A DNA stretch of 64,000 bases from Candidatus Krumholzibacteriota bacterium (GCA_963764625.1 CAVXTH010000009.1:544001-608000); one strand, 5' to 3'; positions 47,824 to 57,988 are shown, numbered from the stretch's first letter. Numbers and translations: made by a program. Notes: generated from the letters alone by a model not told the origin.

Positions 47824-48081
47824 TCAGGGTCGTTGAAGCGATCCGTGCAGAGTGTCCAGAAGCTCGGTGACCTTCAGACACTCCTCGCAATCGGCATCCA
47901 CCGCGCCGCAGGGGACTCCGTCAGCCTGAACTTGCGAGCAGCGCGGCTCCTGCACGAGGGCGACGAGTTCCTCGAGGAGATTCAGAAGTCTGTCGCGGAG
48001 CGGTCCCTCCGGGACCTCGCGCATCCGCGAGAGAATTCGCCATTCCCAGGCGGAAAGGACATGGTTCTCGAGCTTCTCCAT
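47824..48081 (-). CDS. Small Cys-rich hypothetical protein (85 aa)
   Basis: ATG 48081 after GAGGAGG; C-x9-C-x6-C-x2-C (RCSQVQADGVPCGAVDADCEEC). Confidence 0.7.
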   Translation of the reverse strand: MEKLENHVLSAWEWRILSRMREVPEGPLRDRLLNLLEELVALVQEPRCSQVQADGVPCGAVDADCEECLKVTELLDTLHGSLQRP

Positions 48082-48125
48082 GGGTACCGTTCCTCCTCGT
48101 CGGGGAGCAGTTTCGCCTAGCTCGC

Positions 48126-48308
48126 TCAGTCTTCCTCGATCATCGAGATCGCGTCGGTGGGACAGGGATCGATGCAGGCCTGGCATTCCGTGCACTCGTC
48201 GCCATCGACCTGAGCTTTACCGTCCGTTACCGTGATTGCCTCGACCGGGCAAGTATCCACGCAATCCTCGCAACCCTCACACAGGTCCTGTTCTACTGTC
48301 GCAGGCAT
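48126..48308 (-). CDS. 2x[4Fe-4S] ferredoxin
   Basis: CEGCEDCVDTCP and CTECQACIDPCP; very acidic 60 aa; GGAGGAG RBS. Confidence 0.95.
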   Translation of the reverse strand: MPATVEQDLCEGCEDCVDTCPVEAITVTDGKAQVDGDECTECQACIDPCPTDAISMIEED

Positions 48309-48440
48309 TTGATCTCCTCCAATTACGACCTCGACCCAAGGGGAAATTCTGGCCTGAAAGAAGGTCGCGGAGCGGCCAAAGGCAAGTTTTTTTCGCGGGT
48401 CTCGCGCAGTGGCAAAAGGGGGCGGAAAGCCAGCCTAACT

Positions 48441-49790
48441 CTAAATTCCCAGATCCACCCCACCTTCGGCCAGCACCTTCCTTATCTTCCCGTCGATCCA
48501 CTTCCCGTCCCACCACTGCAGGGGGTTTACCGGCGTTCCGTGCACGAGCACTTCGTAGTGCAGGTGGTCTCCCACCGCGAGACCCGTCGTGCCGGTGCGG
48601 CCGATCTGATCGCCCCTCTTGAGGTCTTGGCCCGGTGCGACACTCATCTCCGAGAGGTGGCTGTACACCGACATCAGCCCGAGCCCGTGGTCGACCACGA
48701 TGGTATTGCCGTAGATGCCGAGGTCCGCGGCATACACGACGCGTCCCGAAGCGGCGGCGGGGACCGGCGCACGTTGCACCGAGGCGAGGTCGAAGCCGGC
48801 GTGCACTTTGGTGTCGAGCGCGACCCCCTCGTAGGAGTAATCGCGGGTTTCGTCGAAGTTGGAAAACACGCGCGTATTCGGCGGCTGCAGAAACGCGCCC
48901 TTCCACAGCGGGTGCGGCGCGGACTGCTCGGAGAGCTGGCGCATCGTGGCTTCCGCCTTCGCACGCAGGACGGTGCTGACGTAGCGGAAAGCCTCTCCGT
49001 AGTCTTTAGGAGGAATCTCCCCTCGCTCCGGCAAGAGTTCGGGTAGCTTGGTGGCCAGGAAATCGCGTTCGAGTTTGACGCTCCCGTGTTTGAATTCTCT
49101 CTTGGCGATCGTGGTCGACAGAACTCTCGTGGTGCGATTTCCCGCCTGGTCCTCGCTCACCGCCATCGGGTTTTGGTCCGTGGGATAGTCGAAGGGAATG
49201 GCAAACAGCGAGACGTAGAGCCCCTTGGACGGATCCCCCTGGGGGCTCGCGGAGTAGAATCGTCCGCCGACTTCAACTCCGAGCGTTTCGGCGTCGTGGC
49301 TGCTCAAGACCGCGACCGCAGCGCCCCCCTGCGAGGGATAGCGGGTGAAGGAAAGCACTTCGAGTTGGGGAGGCGTCAGGTCCACCATCACCGGCACCGT
49401 GAGGGCCGGCTTCTTGTCGACCGCCTTGAGCCGCCAGAAGCCATCGCTCGCGTAGACTTCCAGGCGGCTGTCTCCCTCGCGGGCCTTCTGTAGGCCCGGC
49501 TCCACCTTGAAGGTGAGCTCGCGCTCATCGATCCCCGAGGAATCGAAGCTGGCCGCAAATAAAGGAAGGTTCCGGTCGGACTGGACGAGCTGGACGCGCA
49601 CGGATCGGACTCCGCCCCGCGCTGCCGTCAGCTTCAGGGTGAGCTCTTGCGAATTGCCCAGCGCGACCGGAAGCGGATCGAATCGAGCCGTCACCGGGGG
49701 AACCCTCTGCCGGAGAATGAGAAAGCCGATCCCCGCGAAAATTGCCACCAGGACCATCACGATTTGTAGAAGTGCCTTTTTCGGGTCCAT
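48441..49790 (-). CDS. M23 family metallopeptidase (N-terminal anchor, beta domains)
   Basis: HAGFD, YGN, YSHLS, GDHLHY; ATG 49790 precedes a TM segment. Confidence 0.93.
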   Translation of the reverse strand: MDPKKALLQIVMVLVAIFAGIGFLILRQRVPPVTARFDPLPVALGNSQELTLKLTAARGGVRSVRVQLVQSDRNLPLFAASFDSSGIDERELTFKVEPGLQKAREGDSRLEVYASDGFWRLKAVDKKPALTVPVMVDLTPPQLEVLSFTRYPSQGGAAVAVLSSHDAETLGVEVGGRFYSASPQGDPSKGLYVSLFAIPFDYPTDQNPMAVSEDQAGNRTTRVLSTTIAKREFKHGSVKLERDFLATKLPELLPERGEIPPKDYGEAFRYVSTVLRAKAEATMRQLSEQSAPHPLWKGAFLQPPNTRVFSNFDETRDYSYEGVALDTKVHAGFDLASVQRAPVPAAASGRVVYAADLGIYGNTIVVDHGLGLMSVYSHLSEMSVAPGQDLKRGDQIGRTGTTGLAVGDHLHYEVLVHGTPVNPLQWWDGKWIDGKIRKVLAEGGVDLGI

Positions 49791-49922
49791 GATTCTCCCG
49801 TTGGTTTCAGGGCTCGAATCCGAGTCGAAGGCCGACCTTCGCGCATCATGGTCCCTGGATCTGCTATGGTCAATGCGTTCCCGGAGAAGCTGCGCTTCCA
49901 CCATATTCGAGGGAATTTCACG

Positions 49923-50591
49923 ATGTCCTACGATGCTGCCTATCGCGCTGATGACCGCTATTTCGGCGAAGAACCCGAGAAACTCCTCCGAGAACATCTC
50001 GGCGCTCTCGATCCCTCGCGAGAAATCCTGGATCTGGGGATGGGGCAGGGTCGCAACGCACTCTGGCTCGCACGCAGGGGATTTCAGGTCGCGGGTCTGG
50101 AACCCTCGGCGGTGGCGCGGGAGAGGACGCGAAAGCTGGCGGCCGGAGAAGGTCTGCCCCTGCGCATCCACTCGGACACGTTTCAACGCTTCGATGCGGC
50201 CGCGTCCAGTTTTGGGACCCTCCTCGTCCTGGGACTCATTCCCATTCTCTCCCGCGAGGAGCTGGATACGCTGCGCGCGAAAGTCGAGCGGTGGCTCGGC
50301 CCCTCAGGGCTTTTGCTGGCCACCGCCTTCACCACGAAAGACCCTTCCTTCGCCCGCATCTCGAGGGAATGGAAGCCCGCGGGAGAGGGGAGTTTCCTCG
50401 GGCCGGGCGGCGATCGGCGAACTTTTCTGAAACCGGGAGAGATCGTACGCCTCTTTTCGCCCTACGAGGTGGTTCATCACGAGGAAGTTCTGGGGGAGGA
50501 GCATCGCCATGGGGAGGGCCCGCTGCATCGGCACGCTTGGGCCGGTGCGGTGCTGCGAAGACCCAAGGCGGGGCCCGTTCTGCAAGCGTGA
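49923..50591 (+). CDS. Class I SAM-dependent methyltransferase (TehB-like)
   Basis: ILDLGMGQGRNALWLARRG; His-rich C-terminus. Confidence 0.88.
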   Translation: MSYDAAYRADDRYFGEEPEKLLREHLGALDPSREILDLGMGQGRNALWLARRGFQVAGLEPSAVARERTRKLAAGEGLPLRIHSDTFQRFDAAASSFGTLLVLGLIPILSREELDTLRAKVERWLGPSGLLLATAFTTKDPSFARISREWKPAGEGSFLGPGGDRRTFLKPGEIVRLFSPYEVVHHEEVLGEEHRHGEGPLHRHAWAGAVLRRPKAGPVLQA

Positions 50592-50661
50592 GCCCCGTGC
50601 GGCGAGACTCGATTGTCGAAAGCACGGGAATTCCAAAGGAACGGGCGGATCGAAGCGGTAC

Positions 50662-50698
50662 TGGTATGCTCTCTGCGGCGATGTGGCATGGAACCTGC
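50662..50698 (+). promoter_or_regulatory. Two tandem sigma-54 promoter motifs upstream of the pilin
   Basis: TGGTAT-GCTCT-CTGC (50662-50676) and TGGCAT-GGAAC-CTGC (50684-50698), both GG-N10-GC. Confidence 0.65.
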
Positions 50699-50751
50699 CC
50701 TACAAGAGGAGCGCGAATGCCTTTCACCTCGTTTGCCCGGAGGATTCAGCC

Positions 50752-51198
50752 ATGCGAAAGGCCACTGCTCGCGACAATCAATCTGGTTTTACCCTCATCG
50801 AACTGATGATCGTCGTCGTCATCATCGGCATTCTCGCCGCCATCGCAGTTCCCGCATTCACGCACTTCCGCGATAAGGCCCGCGAGGCCCAGGTCAAGAG
50901 CAACTGTCACACGGTGCAGCTTCTGACTGAGGATTTCGCGGCCCAAAACGACGGGGTGTACCCCATCGGACTTGCTGATCCATTGCCGGATTCCCGAACC
51001 CTGACCAACTTTCTCCCGGGATCGCATCTGCTCCTGAATCCCTGGAGCAACGCGCGGAGCGAGCCTCGTGATGGCGCTCCGGCGCTGCCGGGCGAAGTGG
51101 GTTTTCTTCCCCATTTGACCAACGGTATTCCCGACGGCTACTCGATCCAAGGGTACGGAAGCGATGGAATCGTGTTGACCGTCTCGAACGGCCAGTGA
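50752..51198 (+). CDS. Type IV pilin / prepilin-type N-terminal methylation protein
   Basis: MRKATARDNQSG/FTLIELMIVVVIIGILAAIAVP with Glu5; GGAGG RBS. Confidence 0.93.
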   Translation: MRKATARDNQSGFTLIELMIVVVIIGILAAIAVPAFTHFRDKAREAQVKSNCHTVQLLTEDFAAQNDGVYPIGLADPLPDSRTLTNFLPGSHLLLNPWSNARSEPRDGAPALPGEVGFLPHLTNGIPDGYSIQGYGSDGIVLTVSNGQ

Positions 51199-51230
51199 GC
51201 CGGCTTTCTTCATCTCCCTGTCACCGGCAC

Positions 51231-51440
51231 GCCTGACCCTGTAACTGCACGACGCGCAGGGCGCGTCTCTCCAGAGCTTTCCCGGTTCGGCGAGCACCCT
51301 CGACGAGGCCAACTCTTGGCTCGAGTTCGAGCTCGCGAAGCGTCAGAACCACTCGGTGACTTTGCTTCCGCCGAGCCCCGGGTATGGCCGCATCACTTCG
51401 ACATGGGCATGCTCATCCACTTGCCGAAGGCGAACTACCG
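51231..51440 (+). pseudogene. Decayed fragment of a hypothetical WPHHFD-motif gene
   Basis: LTL*LHDAQGASLQSF...TLDEANSWL in one frame with an internal stop, then PRVWPHHFDMGMLI in another frame; no credible start or RBS. Confidence 0.45.
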
Positions 51441-51574
51441 GGACCGGCGCTGGCACTCTGCCGCCGAGTGCTCTCGGGTGAATCCTGAAGGATTCTGGTG
51501 TGCCTATCGCTCGCTACCTGTGCTAGATTAGACAATACACCCCAGAGATCGAGTTCTCGAGTTTGGAGGCGTCT

Positions 51575-53020
51575 ATGTCAGCGCAGCGGCTGCGAAACTA
51601 CATTGGTGGAAAATGGGTGGAGGCGGATGCCTCCGAGTATCTGACAATCCACAATCCGGCCACCGAAGACGTGCTGGCGGAAGTGCCTCTATCGAAGGCC
51701 TCGGACGTGGATCGCGCGGTGACGGCCGCCAAGAATGCGTTCGGCGACTGGCGGATGACGCCTCCCGCGCAGCGGACACAGTACCTCTTCCGGTTCAAAC
51801 AACTTCTCGAGGATCGCTTCGAGGAGATCGCGCGCGTTCTCACCCAGGAGAACGGAAAGACTCTTCCCGAAGCCCGCGGCAGCGTGCGCCGGGGGATCGA
51901 GTGCGTGGACGTGGCCACCGGAGCTCCCTCGCTCTTGATGGGCCAGAGTCTGGAGGACGTGGCTTCGGGGATCGACTGTGAAGCGGTTCGCCAACCTCTC
52001 GGAGTGTTCGCCTGTATCGCCCCCTTCAATTTTCCCGCTATGGTTCCCCTCTGGTTCTACCCCTTCGCGGTCGCCTGCGGAAACACCTTCGTCTGCAAGC
52101 CGAGCGAGCAGGTCCCTTTGAGCCAGAAGCTTCTGTTCGAAATGATCGACGAGGCCGGATTTCCCCCCGGAGTCTTGAACCTGGTCAACGGCGCCAAGGA
52201 CGTCGTGAAGCGCATCGTCTCCCATCCCGACGTGGCCGGGGTCTCCTTCGTGGGCAGCAGTCCGGTGGCGCAGTACGTGTACCGTGAGGCGGCAACGAAC
52301 GGGAAACGCGTGCAGGCACTTGGCGGCGCGAAGAACTTCCTGGTCGTCATGCCCGACGCCAAGCAAAAGGAGACCATCGCCCAGATCATCGGCTCGGCCT
52401 ACGGTTGTGCCGGAGAGCGCTGTCTGGCGGCGAGCGTCCTCCTCAACGTGGGCGAGGCGCAAGAGTGGGTGAAGGACGGGCTCCTTCAAGCCATCTCGAA
52501 GCTGCGGATGGGCGACGGGCTGAAGGAAGATACCAGCCTGGGCCCCGTGATCTCGGCCGCTCATCGCGAGCGGGTTTTGGGCTACATCGAGAAGGGGATC
52601 GAGGAGGGAGCCGAACTTCTGGCCGACGGCCGAAAGGACCTTCCCGCCAAGGGATATTTCGTGGGAGCCACTCTCTTCGACAATGTCCGGCGCGACATGG
52701 TGATCGCACAGGAAGAGATCTTCGGTCCGGTCCTCGGCATGATTCGGGTCAAGACTCTCGCGGAAGCCATCGAGATCGCGACCGCGCATCCGCTCGCCAA
52801 CGCGACCAGCATCTTCACCCAGGACGGAAAGTCGGCCCGCGAATTCAAGTATCGGGTGAACGCGAGCATGACGGGAGTGAACATCGGGGTCGCGGCGCCG
52901 ATGTCCTACTTCAGTTTTGGCGGCGCTAAGGGTAGTTTCTTCGGAGATCTCAAGGGCCACGGCCGGGATTCCTTCGATTTCTACACCGACAAGAAAGTCG
53001 TCATCTCCCGCTGGTTCTAG
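51575..53020 (+). CDS. mmsA: CoA-acylating (methyl)malonate-semialdehyde dehydrogenase
   Basis: PFNFPAMVPLW, KPSE, SFVGS, RVQALGGAKN, GCAGERCLA, EEIFGP. Confidence 0.93.
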   Translation: MSAQRLRNYIGGKWVEADASEYLTIHNPATEDVLAEVPLSKASDVDRAVTAAKNAFGDWRMTPPAQRTQYLFRFKQLLEDRFEEIARVLTQENGKTLPEARGSVRRGIECVDVATGAPSLLMGQSLEDVASGIDCEAVRQPLGVFACIAPFNFPAMVPLWFYPFAVACGNTFVCKPSEQVPLSQKLLFEMIDEAGFPPGVLNLVNGAKDVVKRIVSHPDVAGVSFVGSSPVAQYVYREAATNGKRVQALGGAKNFLVVMPDAKQKETIAQIIGSAYGCAGERCLAASVLLNVGEAQEWVKDGLLQAISKLRMGDGLKEDTSLGPVISAAHRERVLGYIEKGIEEGAELLADGRKDLPAKGYFVGATLFDNVRRDMVIAQEEIFGPVLGMIRVKTLAEAIEIATAHPLANATSIFTQDGKSAREFKYRVNASMTGVNIGVAAPMSYFSFGGAKGSFFGDLKGHGRDSFDFYTDKKVVISRWF

Positions 53021-53059
53021 GCTTTCATCGATCGTGGAGCGCATAAGAGGAGGAAACAA

Positions 53060-53932
53060 GTGTCCAGAATCGTTCGTGGTGGACTCATCCAGTGTTCCAA
53101 TCCCATCAACGATGAATCTCGCGAGGTGGCGGAAATCCAAGCAGCCGCGCTCGAGAGACATCTGCCTTTCGTGGAACAGGCGGGGAAGGAGGGGGTCGAG
53201 ATTCTCTGTCTGCAGGAGATCTTCAACGGGCCGTATTTCTGTCCCTCGCAGGACAAGCGATGGTACGCGGCCGCTGAACCCGTCCCGGGCCCGACAGTGG
53301 AAGTCTTGACGCCTTACGCCAAGAAGCACGAAATGGTCATGGTGGTTCCTGTCTACGAACGCGAGCAGGCTGGCGTGTACTACAACACCGCGGCGGTGAT
53401 CGATGCCGACGGCAAGTACCTGGGGAAGTACCGCAAGAACCACATCCCCCACACTTCGGGATTCTGGGAGAAGTACTTCTTCAAGCCGGGCAATCTGGGT
53501 TATCCCGTGTTCCAAACCGCCTACGCGAAAGTGGGAGTGTACATCTGCTACGACCGGCATTTCCCCGAAGGTGCCCGCCTTCTGGGCCTCAACGGAGCGG
53601 AAATCGTCTTCAACCCCTCCGCCACCGTCGCCGGTCTCTCTCAATACCTGTGGAAGTTGGAACAGCCGGCGCATGCCGTCGCCAACGGCTACTTCATGGG
53701 CTGCATCAACCGGGTGGGTACCGAGCAGCCGTGGGGCATCGGACGCTTCTACGGTGACAGCTACTTCGTCGATCCCCGGGGCAGTTTTCTCGTCGAAGCG
53801 AGTGAGGACAAGGACGAGCTCGTGCACGCCGATCTCGACCTCGAGATGATCGAGGAAGTGCGTCAGGTCTGGCAGTTCTATCGCGACCGGAGGCCGGAGA
53901 CTTACGGAGACATGACGAATCTTCTTCCCTGA
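53060..53932 (+). CDS. Beta-ureidopropionase (nitrilase family)
   Basis: CLQE, YRKNHIP, FWEKYFF, ICYDRHFPE (E-K-C triad), INRVG, FYRDRRP; operon context. Confidence 0.9.
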   Translation: MSRIVRGGLIQCSNPINDESREVAEIQAAALERHLPFVEQAGKEGVEILCLQEIFNGPYFCPSQDKRWYAAAEPVPGPTVEVLTPYAKKHEMVMVVPVYEREQAGVYYNTAAVIDADGKYLGKYRKNHIPHTSGFWEKYFFKPGNLGYPVFQTAYAKVGVYICYDRHFPEGARLLGLNGAEIVFNPSATVAGLSQYLWKLEQPAHAVANGYFMGCINRVGTEQPWGIGRFYGDSYFVDPRGSFLVEASEDKDELVHADLDLEMIEEVRQVWQFYRDRRPETYGDMTNLLP

Positions 53933-53951
53933 TCGGAGAATTTCGAAAGGA

Positions 53952-55346
53952 GTGGCCATGGGCGTACTCATCAAAAATGGAACCATCGTGACGGCGATCG
54001 ACCGCTATGTCGGCGACATTCGTTGCGAAGACGGGAAAATCGTGGCTCTGGGAGCGAAGATTCAGGCGAATTCCGGCGACGAGATCATCGATGCCTCGGG
54101 GCAATATGTCTTCCCCGGTGGGCTCGACCCGCACGTGCATATGGAGCTGCCCTTCATGGGCACGGTCTCGGCGGACGATTTCGAGACGGGAACCGCGGCC
54201 GGAGTGGCGGGTGGAACCACCAGCATCATCGATTTCGTCATTCCCGGACGCGGCGACTCCTACGAGGAAACTCTGAAATGGTGGTACGAGAAGGCGGAGA
54301 AGTCAGTGGCCGACTACGCCTTCCACATGGCGATCACCTGGTGGGGAGAGAATACGGCGGACATCATGCGACGGTGCGTCCAGGAGGAGGGAATTCCCTC
54401 CTTCAAGACCTTCATGGCCTACCGTGGCGCCATCGGGGTGGAAGATCCTGAGCTCATCGAAGTCATGAAGTGCGCGCACGATCTGAATGCGCTGGTGACG
54501 GTACACGCCGAACACGGCGACATGGTCGTCGAGTTGCAGAACAAGTTGTTCAACGCGAATCTACGGCAGCCCAAGTACCACGCCCTGTCACGCCCGGCTT
54601 CAGTCGAGGGTGAGGCGACCGCGCGCGCTATCATGCTGTCCCGCATGAACGAGAGCGCGCTCTACGTGGTTCACGTCACCTGCGAGCCGTCGGTGCGCGC
54701 CATCGCGCAAAGCAGAGAGAAAGGGCAGACCGTCTACGGCGAGACCTGCACCCAGTATCTCATGTTGGATGACAGTGTGTATGAGAAGCCCGACTTCGAG
54801 GGCGCCGCGTACGTCATGTCTCCCCCAATTCGCCCCAAAGGTCATCAGGACGTGCTCTGGGCCGCACTCAAAGCGGGGATTCTCCAGACCGTCGCCACCG
54901 ACCACTGCCCCTTCAACCAGAAAGGGCAGAAGGAAATGGGCAAGGACGACTTCAGGCTCATTCCCAACGGAGCAGCGGGTATCGAACACCGTTTGGCCCT
55001 GCTCTACACCTACGGGGTTTTGGAAGGGCGTATCGACTTGCACCAGTTCGTCGACCTCAGCTCCACCCGCGCGGCGAAAATCTTCGGCCTGTATCCGCGC
55101 AAGGGCAGCATCACGCTGGGGGCCGATGCCGATCTGGTCGTGTGGGATCCCGAGGCCGAAGCGACCATTTCAGCCAAGACGCATCATCACCACGTCGACC
55201 GCAGCATTTATGAGGGCTTCAAACTGAAGGGCGTTCCCTCGACGGTCGTGGTCAACGGTCGCATCCAGTACAAAGACGGTGACCTGAAAGTGGAGCGGGG
55301 AGCCGGCCGCTATCTGAAACGAACTCTGGACGGAGGGTTGCGATGA
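53952..55346 (+). CDS. hydA: Dihydropyrimidinase
   Basis: PGGLDPHVH, GGTT, SFKTFMAY, VHAE, VMSPP, TDHCPF, IPNG. Confidence 0.95.
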   Translation: MAMGVLIKNGTIVTAIDRYVGDIRCEDGKIVALGAKIQANSGDEIIDASGQYVFPGGLDPHVHMELPFMGTVSADDFETGTAAGVAGGTTSIIDFVIPGRGDSYEETLKWWYEKAEKSVADYAFHMAITWWGENTADIMRRCVQEEGIPSFKTFMAYRGAIGVEDPELIEVMKCAHDLNALVTVHAEHGDMVVELQNKLFNANLRQPKYHALSRPASVEGEATARAIMLSRMNESALYVVHVTCEPSVRAIAQSREKGQTVYGETCTQYLMLDDSVYEKPDFEGAAYVMSPPIRPKGHQDVLWAALKAGILQTVATDHCPFNQKGQKEMGKDDFRLIPNGAAGIEHRLALLYTYGVLEGRIDLHQFVDLSSTRAAKIFGLYPRKGSITLGADADLVVWDPEAEATISAKTHHHHVDRSIYEGFKLKGVPSTVVVNGRIQYKDGDLKVERGAGRYLKRTLDGGLR

Positions 55347-56662
55347 GCGGGACCAAAGCCGGATCGAAAGCGGAGGAAATTCGCTCGAAGCACGCGCGGT
55401 ATCTGTGGCCGTGCGTGGCGAACTACTATCAAGAACCGATCGCCCTTGAGAGCGGCAGAGGGCTCCGCCTCAAGGACTACGACGGCAAGGAGTACCTGGA
55501 TTTCTTCGGCGGCATCCTCACCGTGTCCATCGGACACTGCGACGAGAGAGTGACCGGGCCGCTGAAGGCGCAGATCGACCGGCTCGGTCACGTGTCGACT
55601 CTCTTCCCCACGCTCCCCATCGTCGAATTGGCGGAGCGCCTGGCGAAACTGGCGCCCGGAGATCTCAGTAAGAGTTTCTTCACCGCTTCGGGAACCGAAG
55701 CCGACGAGACGGCGGTTGCCCTGGCTCAGGTGTATACCGGTGCGCAGGAGATCATCGCACTGCGCCATGGGTATTCCGGTCGTTCGATGCTCGCGCAGTC
55801 ACTGACCGCGCATTCCTCGTGGCGAGCGGTCAGCACGCAGATCGCGGGAGTCAAGCACGCTCTGGCGCCGTACTGCTATCGCTGCCCGCTCGGGCTGAAG
55901 TATCCCTCGTGCGAGATCAAGTGCGCTCAGGACATCGAGGAGCTCATCCAGACCACCACCACCGGTCACATCGCTGGATTCCTCGCCGAGCCGATCCAGG
56001 GCGTGGGCGGATTCGTGGTGCCGCCGCCTGAGTACTTCCAGAAAGCGGTGGAGATCGTCCGCCGCTACGGAGGGGTCTTCATCTGCGACGAAGTACAGAC
56101 TGGCTTCGGCCGCACCGGCTCGAAGTACTTCGGAATCGAGCACTGGGGAGTGAAGCCGGAGATCATGACCATGGCGAAGGGAGTGGCGAACGGGATGCCC
56201 CTGGGTGTCACCATGGCGACTCCGGAGGTCGCGGACAGCTTCAAGAAGCTGACCATCTCGACCTTCGGCGGCAACCCGATGTCCTGCGCCGCGGCCAATG
56301 CCACGCTGAAGGTCATGGAGGACGAGAATATTCCGCAGAACTCAGAGAAAATGGGTGCTCGCCTGCGCGCGGGTCTGGAAGAGATCCAACGCCGCCATCC
56401 CGAGATTCTGGGCGACGTGAGGGGCATGGGGCTCATGCAGGGTCTGGAACTGGTGGTGGACGAACCGGGTGGCGATCGAAGCCCGAACACTCAGGCGGTG
56501 GCTCGTATCTTCGAGGAAACCAAGAGTCGCGGTCTTCTCATCGGCAAGGGCGGTTTGCACGGAAGCGTCATCAGGATTTCGCCCCCCATGACGGTGGGTG
56601 AGAGTGAGGTCGACGAAGCTTTGGCCATCCTGGAGGAATCGTTCGCAGCGATCGGAGGATAG
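55343..56662 (+). CDS. Class III aminotransferase (AGXT2-like; probable beta-alanine aminotransferase)
   Basis: YLDFFGG, EPIQGVGG, DEVQTGFGRTG, MAKG, TFGGNP; operon context. Confidence 0.9.
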   Translation: MSGTKAGSKAEEIRSKHARYLWPCVANYYQEPIALESGRGLRLKDYDGKEYLDFFGGILTVSIGHCDERVTGPLKAQIDRLGHVSTLFPTLPIVELAERLAKLAPGDLSKSFFTASGTEADETAVALAQVYTGAQEIIALRHGYSGRSMLAQSLTAHSSWRAVSTQIAGVKHALAPYCYRCPLGLKYPSCEIKCAQDIEELIQTTTTGHIAGFLAEPIQGVGGFVVPPPEYFQKAVEIVRRYGGVFICDEVQTGFGRTGSKYFGIEHWGVKPEIMTMAKGVANGMPLGVTMATPEVADSFKKLTISTFGGNPMSCAAANATLKVMEDENIPQNSEKMGARLRAGLEEIQRRHPEILGDVRGMGLMQGLELVVDEPGGDRSPNTQAVARIFEETKSRGLLIGKGGLHGSVIRISPPMTVGESEVDEALAILEESFAAIGG

Positions 56663-56663
56663 A

Positions 56664-57986
56664 ATGCGCGACTCTGGAGCATGGTCTGTTCCCCCCGACC
56701 GCTTGGAGCTTCAATTCACGGACAAGAAACCGGCGTTCTCCCCCGCGGAGGCGTACGCCGAGGCCAGCCGTTGCCTCTACTGTCACGACGCGCCCTGCAC
56801 GAAAGCGTGCCCCACGAGCATCGACATCGCGAGCTTCATCCACAAGATCGCCACCGGCAATTTCCGAGGCTCCGCGCGCACCATTCTTCAGTCCAATCTT
56901 CTCGGCGCCAGCTGCGCCCGGGTGTGTCCCGTCGAAGTGCTCTGCGAGGGCGCGTGTGTCTATACCGGTTGGGGGCGGCACCCCATCGAAATCGGGCGCC
57001 TGCAGCGCTACGCAATGGAGAAAGGCCGCTCGGCCGATCTCCTGCCTCACCGGGAGCAGACGGGCGAGTCGATCGGACTGGTGGGCGCGGGACCCGCCTC
57101 TCTGGCCTGCGCGGGAACGCTTGCTCTTCTGGGCTACAAGCCGGTGATCTACGAGAAAGGCAAGTTCCCCGGCGGCCTGAACCTCAGTGGGGTGGCTCCG
57201 TACAAGATCCAGGCCGAGGACGTTCTGGACGAGGTCGCGTTCATCCAGTCCTTCGGAGTGGAGATTGAGACCGGCCGCGAACTCGGTCGGGACTTCTCGG
57301 GAGAGGAACTTCTGGCTCGGCACGCGGCCGTTTTCTTCGCGCCGGGCCTCGGAGCGGATTCTCTGCGCGGAATTCCCGGCGCGACCGGATCTGGCATCAT
57401 TGGCGCGGTCGACTGGATCGCGAAGATGAAACTCGAGCCGGAGACCGCTCTTTCTGGAATCTCCTCCGCCGTGGTGATCGGTGGCGGAAATACTGCGCTA
57501 GACGTGGTGCAAGAACTGGCCGCGCTGCAGGCTCCCGAGGTCACGCTCGTGTACCGGCGCGCGGAAAGCCAGATGCCCGGGTACACGCACGAGTGGGAAC
57601 GGGCCAAGAAGCAGCGAGTACGGCTTCTGGACGGGGTGGCGGTGAGCGAGATCCATCGCGACACCAAGGGAAGGATGCGTTCCATCTCTCTGGTGAAGAC
57701 GCAGAATGGCAGACCCACCGAACGCAGCGCCGGCGAGCTGCCCTGCAACCTCATCGTGGTGGCGACTGGACAGAAGCGGCTCTCGGAGTTGGCCGGGCTC
57801 TTTCCCCAAGTGAGCTGCGACGAGAGAGGCCGGGTCATCGCCGATCCTGAAACTCTGGTCACGGGAAATCCGAGGGTATTTACCGGCGGTGATTGCTACA
57901 ACGGTGGCAAGGAAGTGGTAAACGCGGTCGACGATGGCCAACGCGCGGCCCACGCGATCGATCGGCTTCTCAAAGGGGTGAGTTGA
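56664..57986 (+). CDS. preT: Dihydropyrimidine dehydrogenase subunit PreT (GltD-like)
   Basis: RCLYCHDAPCTKACPT, CARVCPVEVLCEGAC, VGAGPA, IGGGNTA, GGD. Confidence 0.92.
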   Translation: MRDSGAWSVPPDRLELQFTDKKPAFSPAEAYAEASRCLYCHDAPCTKACPTSIDIASFIHKIATGNFRGSARTILQSNLLGASCARVCPVEVLCEGACVYTGWGRHPIEIGRLQRYAMEKGRSADLLPHREQTGESIGLVGAGPASLACAGTLALLGYKPVIYEKGKFPGGLNLSGVAPYKIQAEDVLDEVAFIQSFGVEIETGRELGRDFSGEELLARHAAVFFAPGLGADSLRGIPGATGSGIIGAVDWIAKMKLEPETALSGISSAVVIGGGNTALDVVQELAALQAPEVTLVYRRAESQMPGYTHEWERAKKQRVRLLDGVAVSEIHRDTKGRMRSISLVKTQNGRPTERSAGELPCNLIVVATGQKRLSELAGLFPQVSCDERGRVIADPETLVTGNPRVFTGGDCYNGGKEVVNAVDDGQRAAHAIDRLLKGVS

Positions 57987-57988
57987 GC

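Noticed and set aside
51689-53986. Long antisense ORFs (51689..53986-, 4397..6496-, 44403..46700-, 39954..41345- and others)
   Set aside because: Shadow frames of well-supported genes in GC-rich DNA, with no recognisable motifs.
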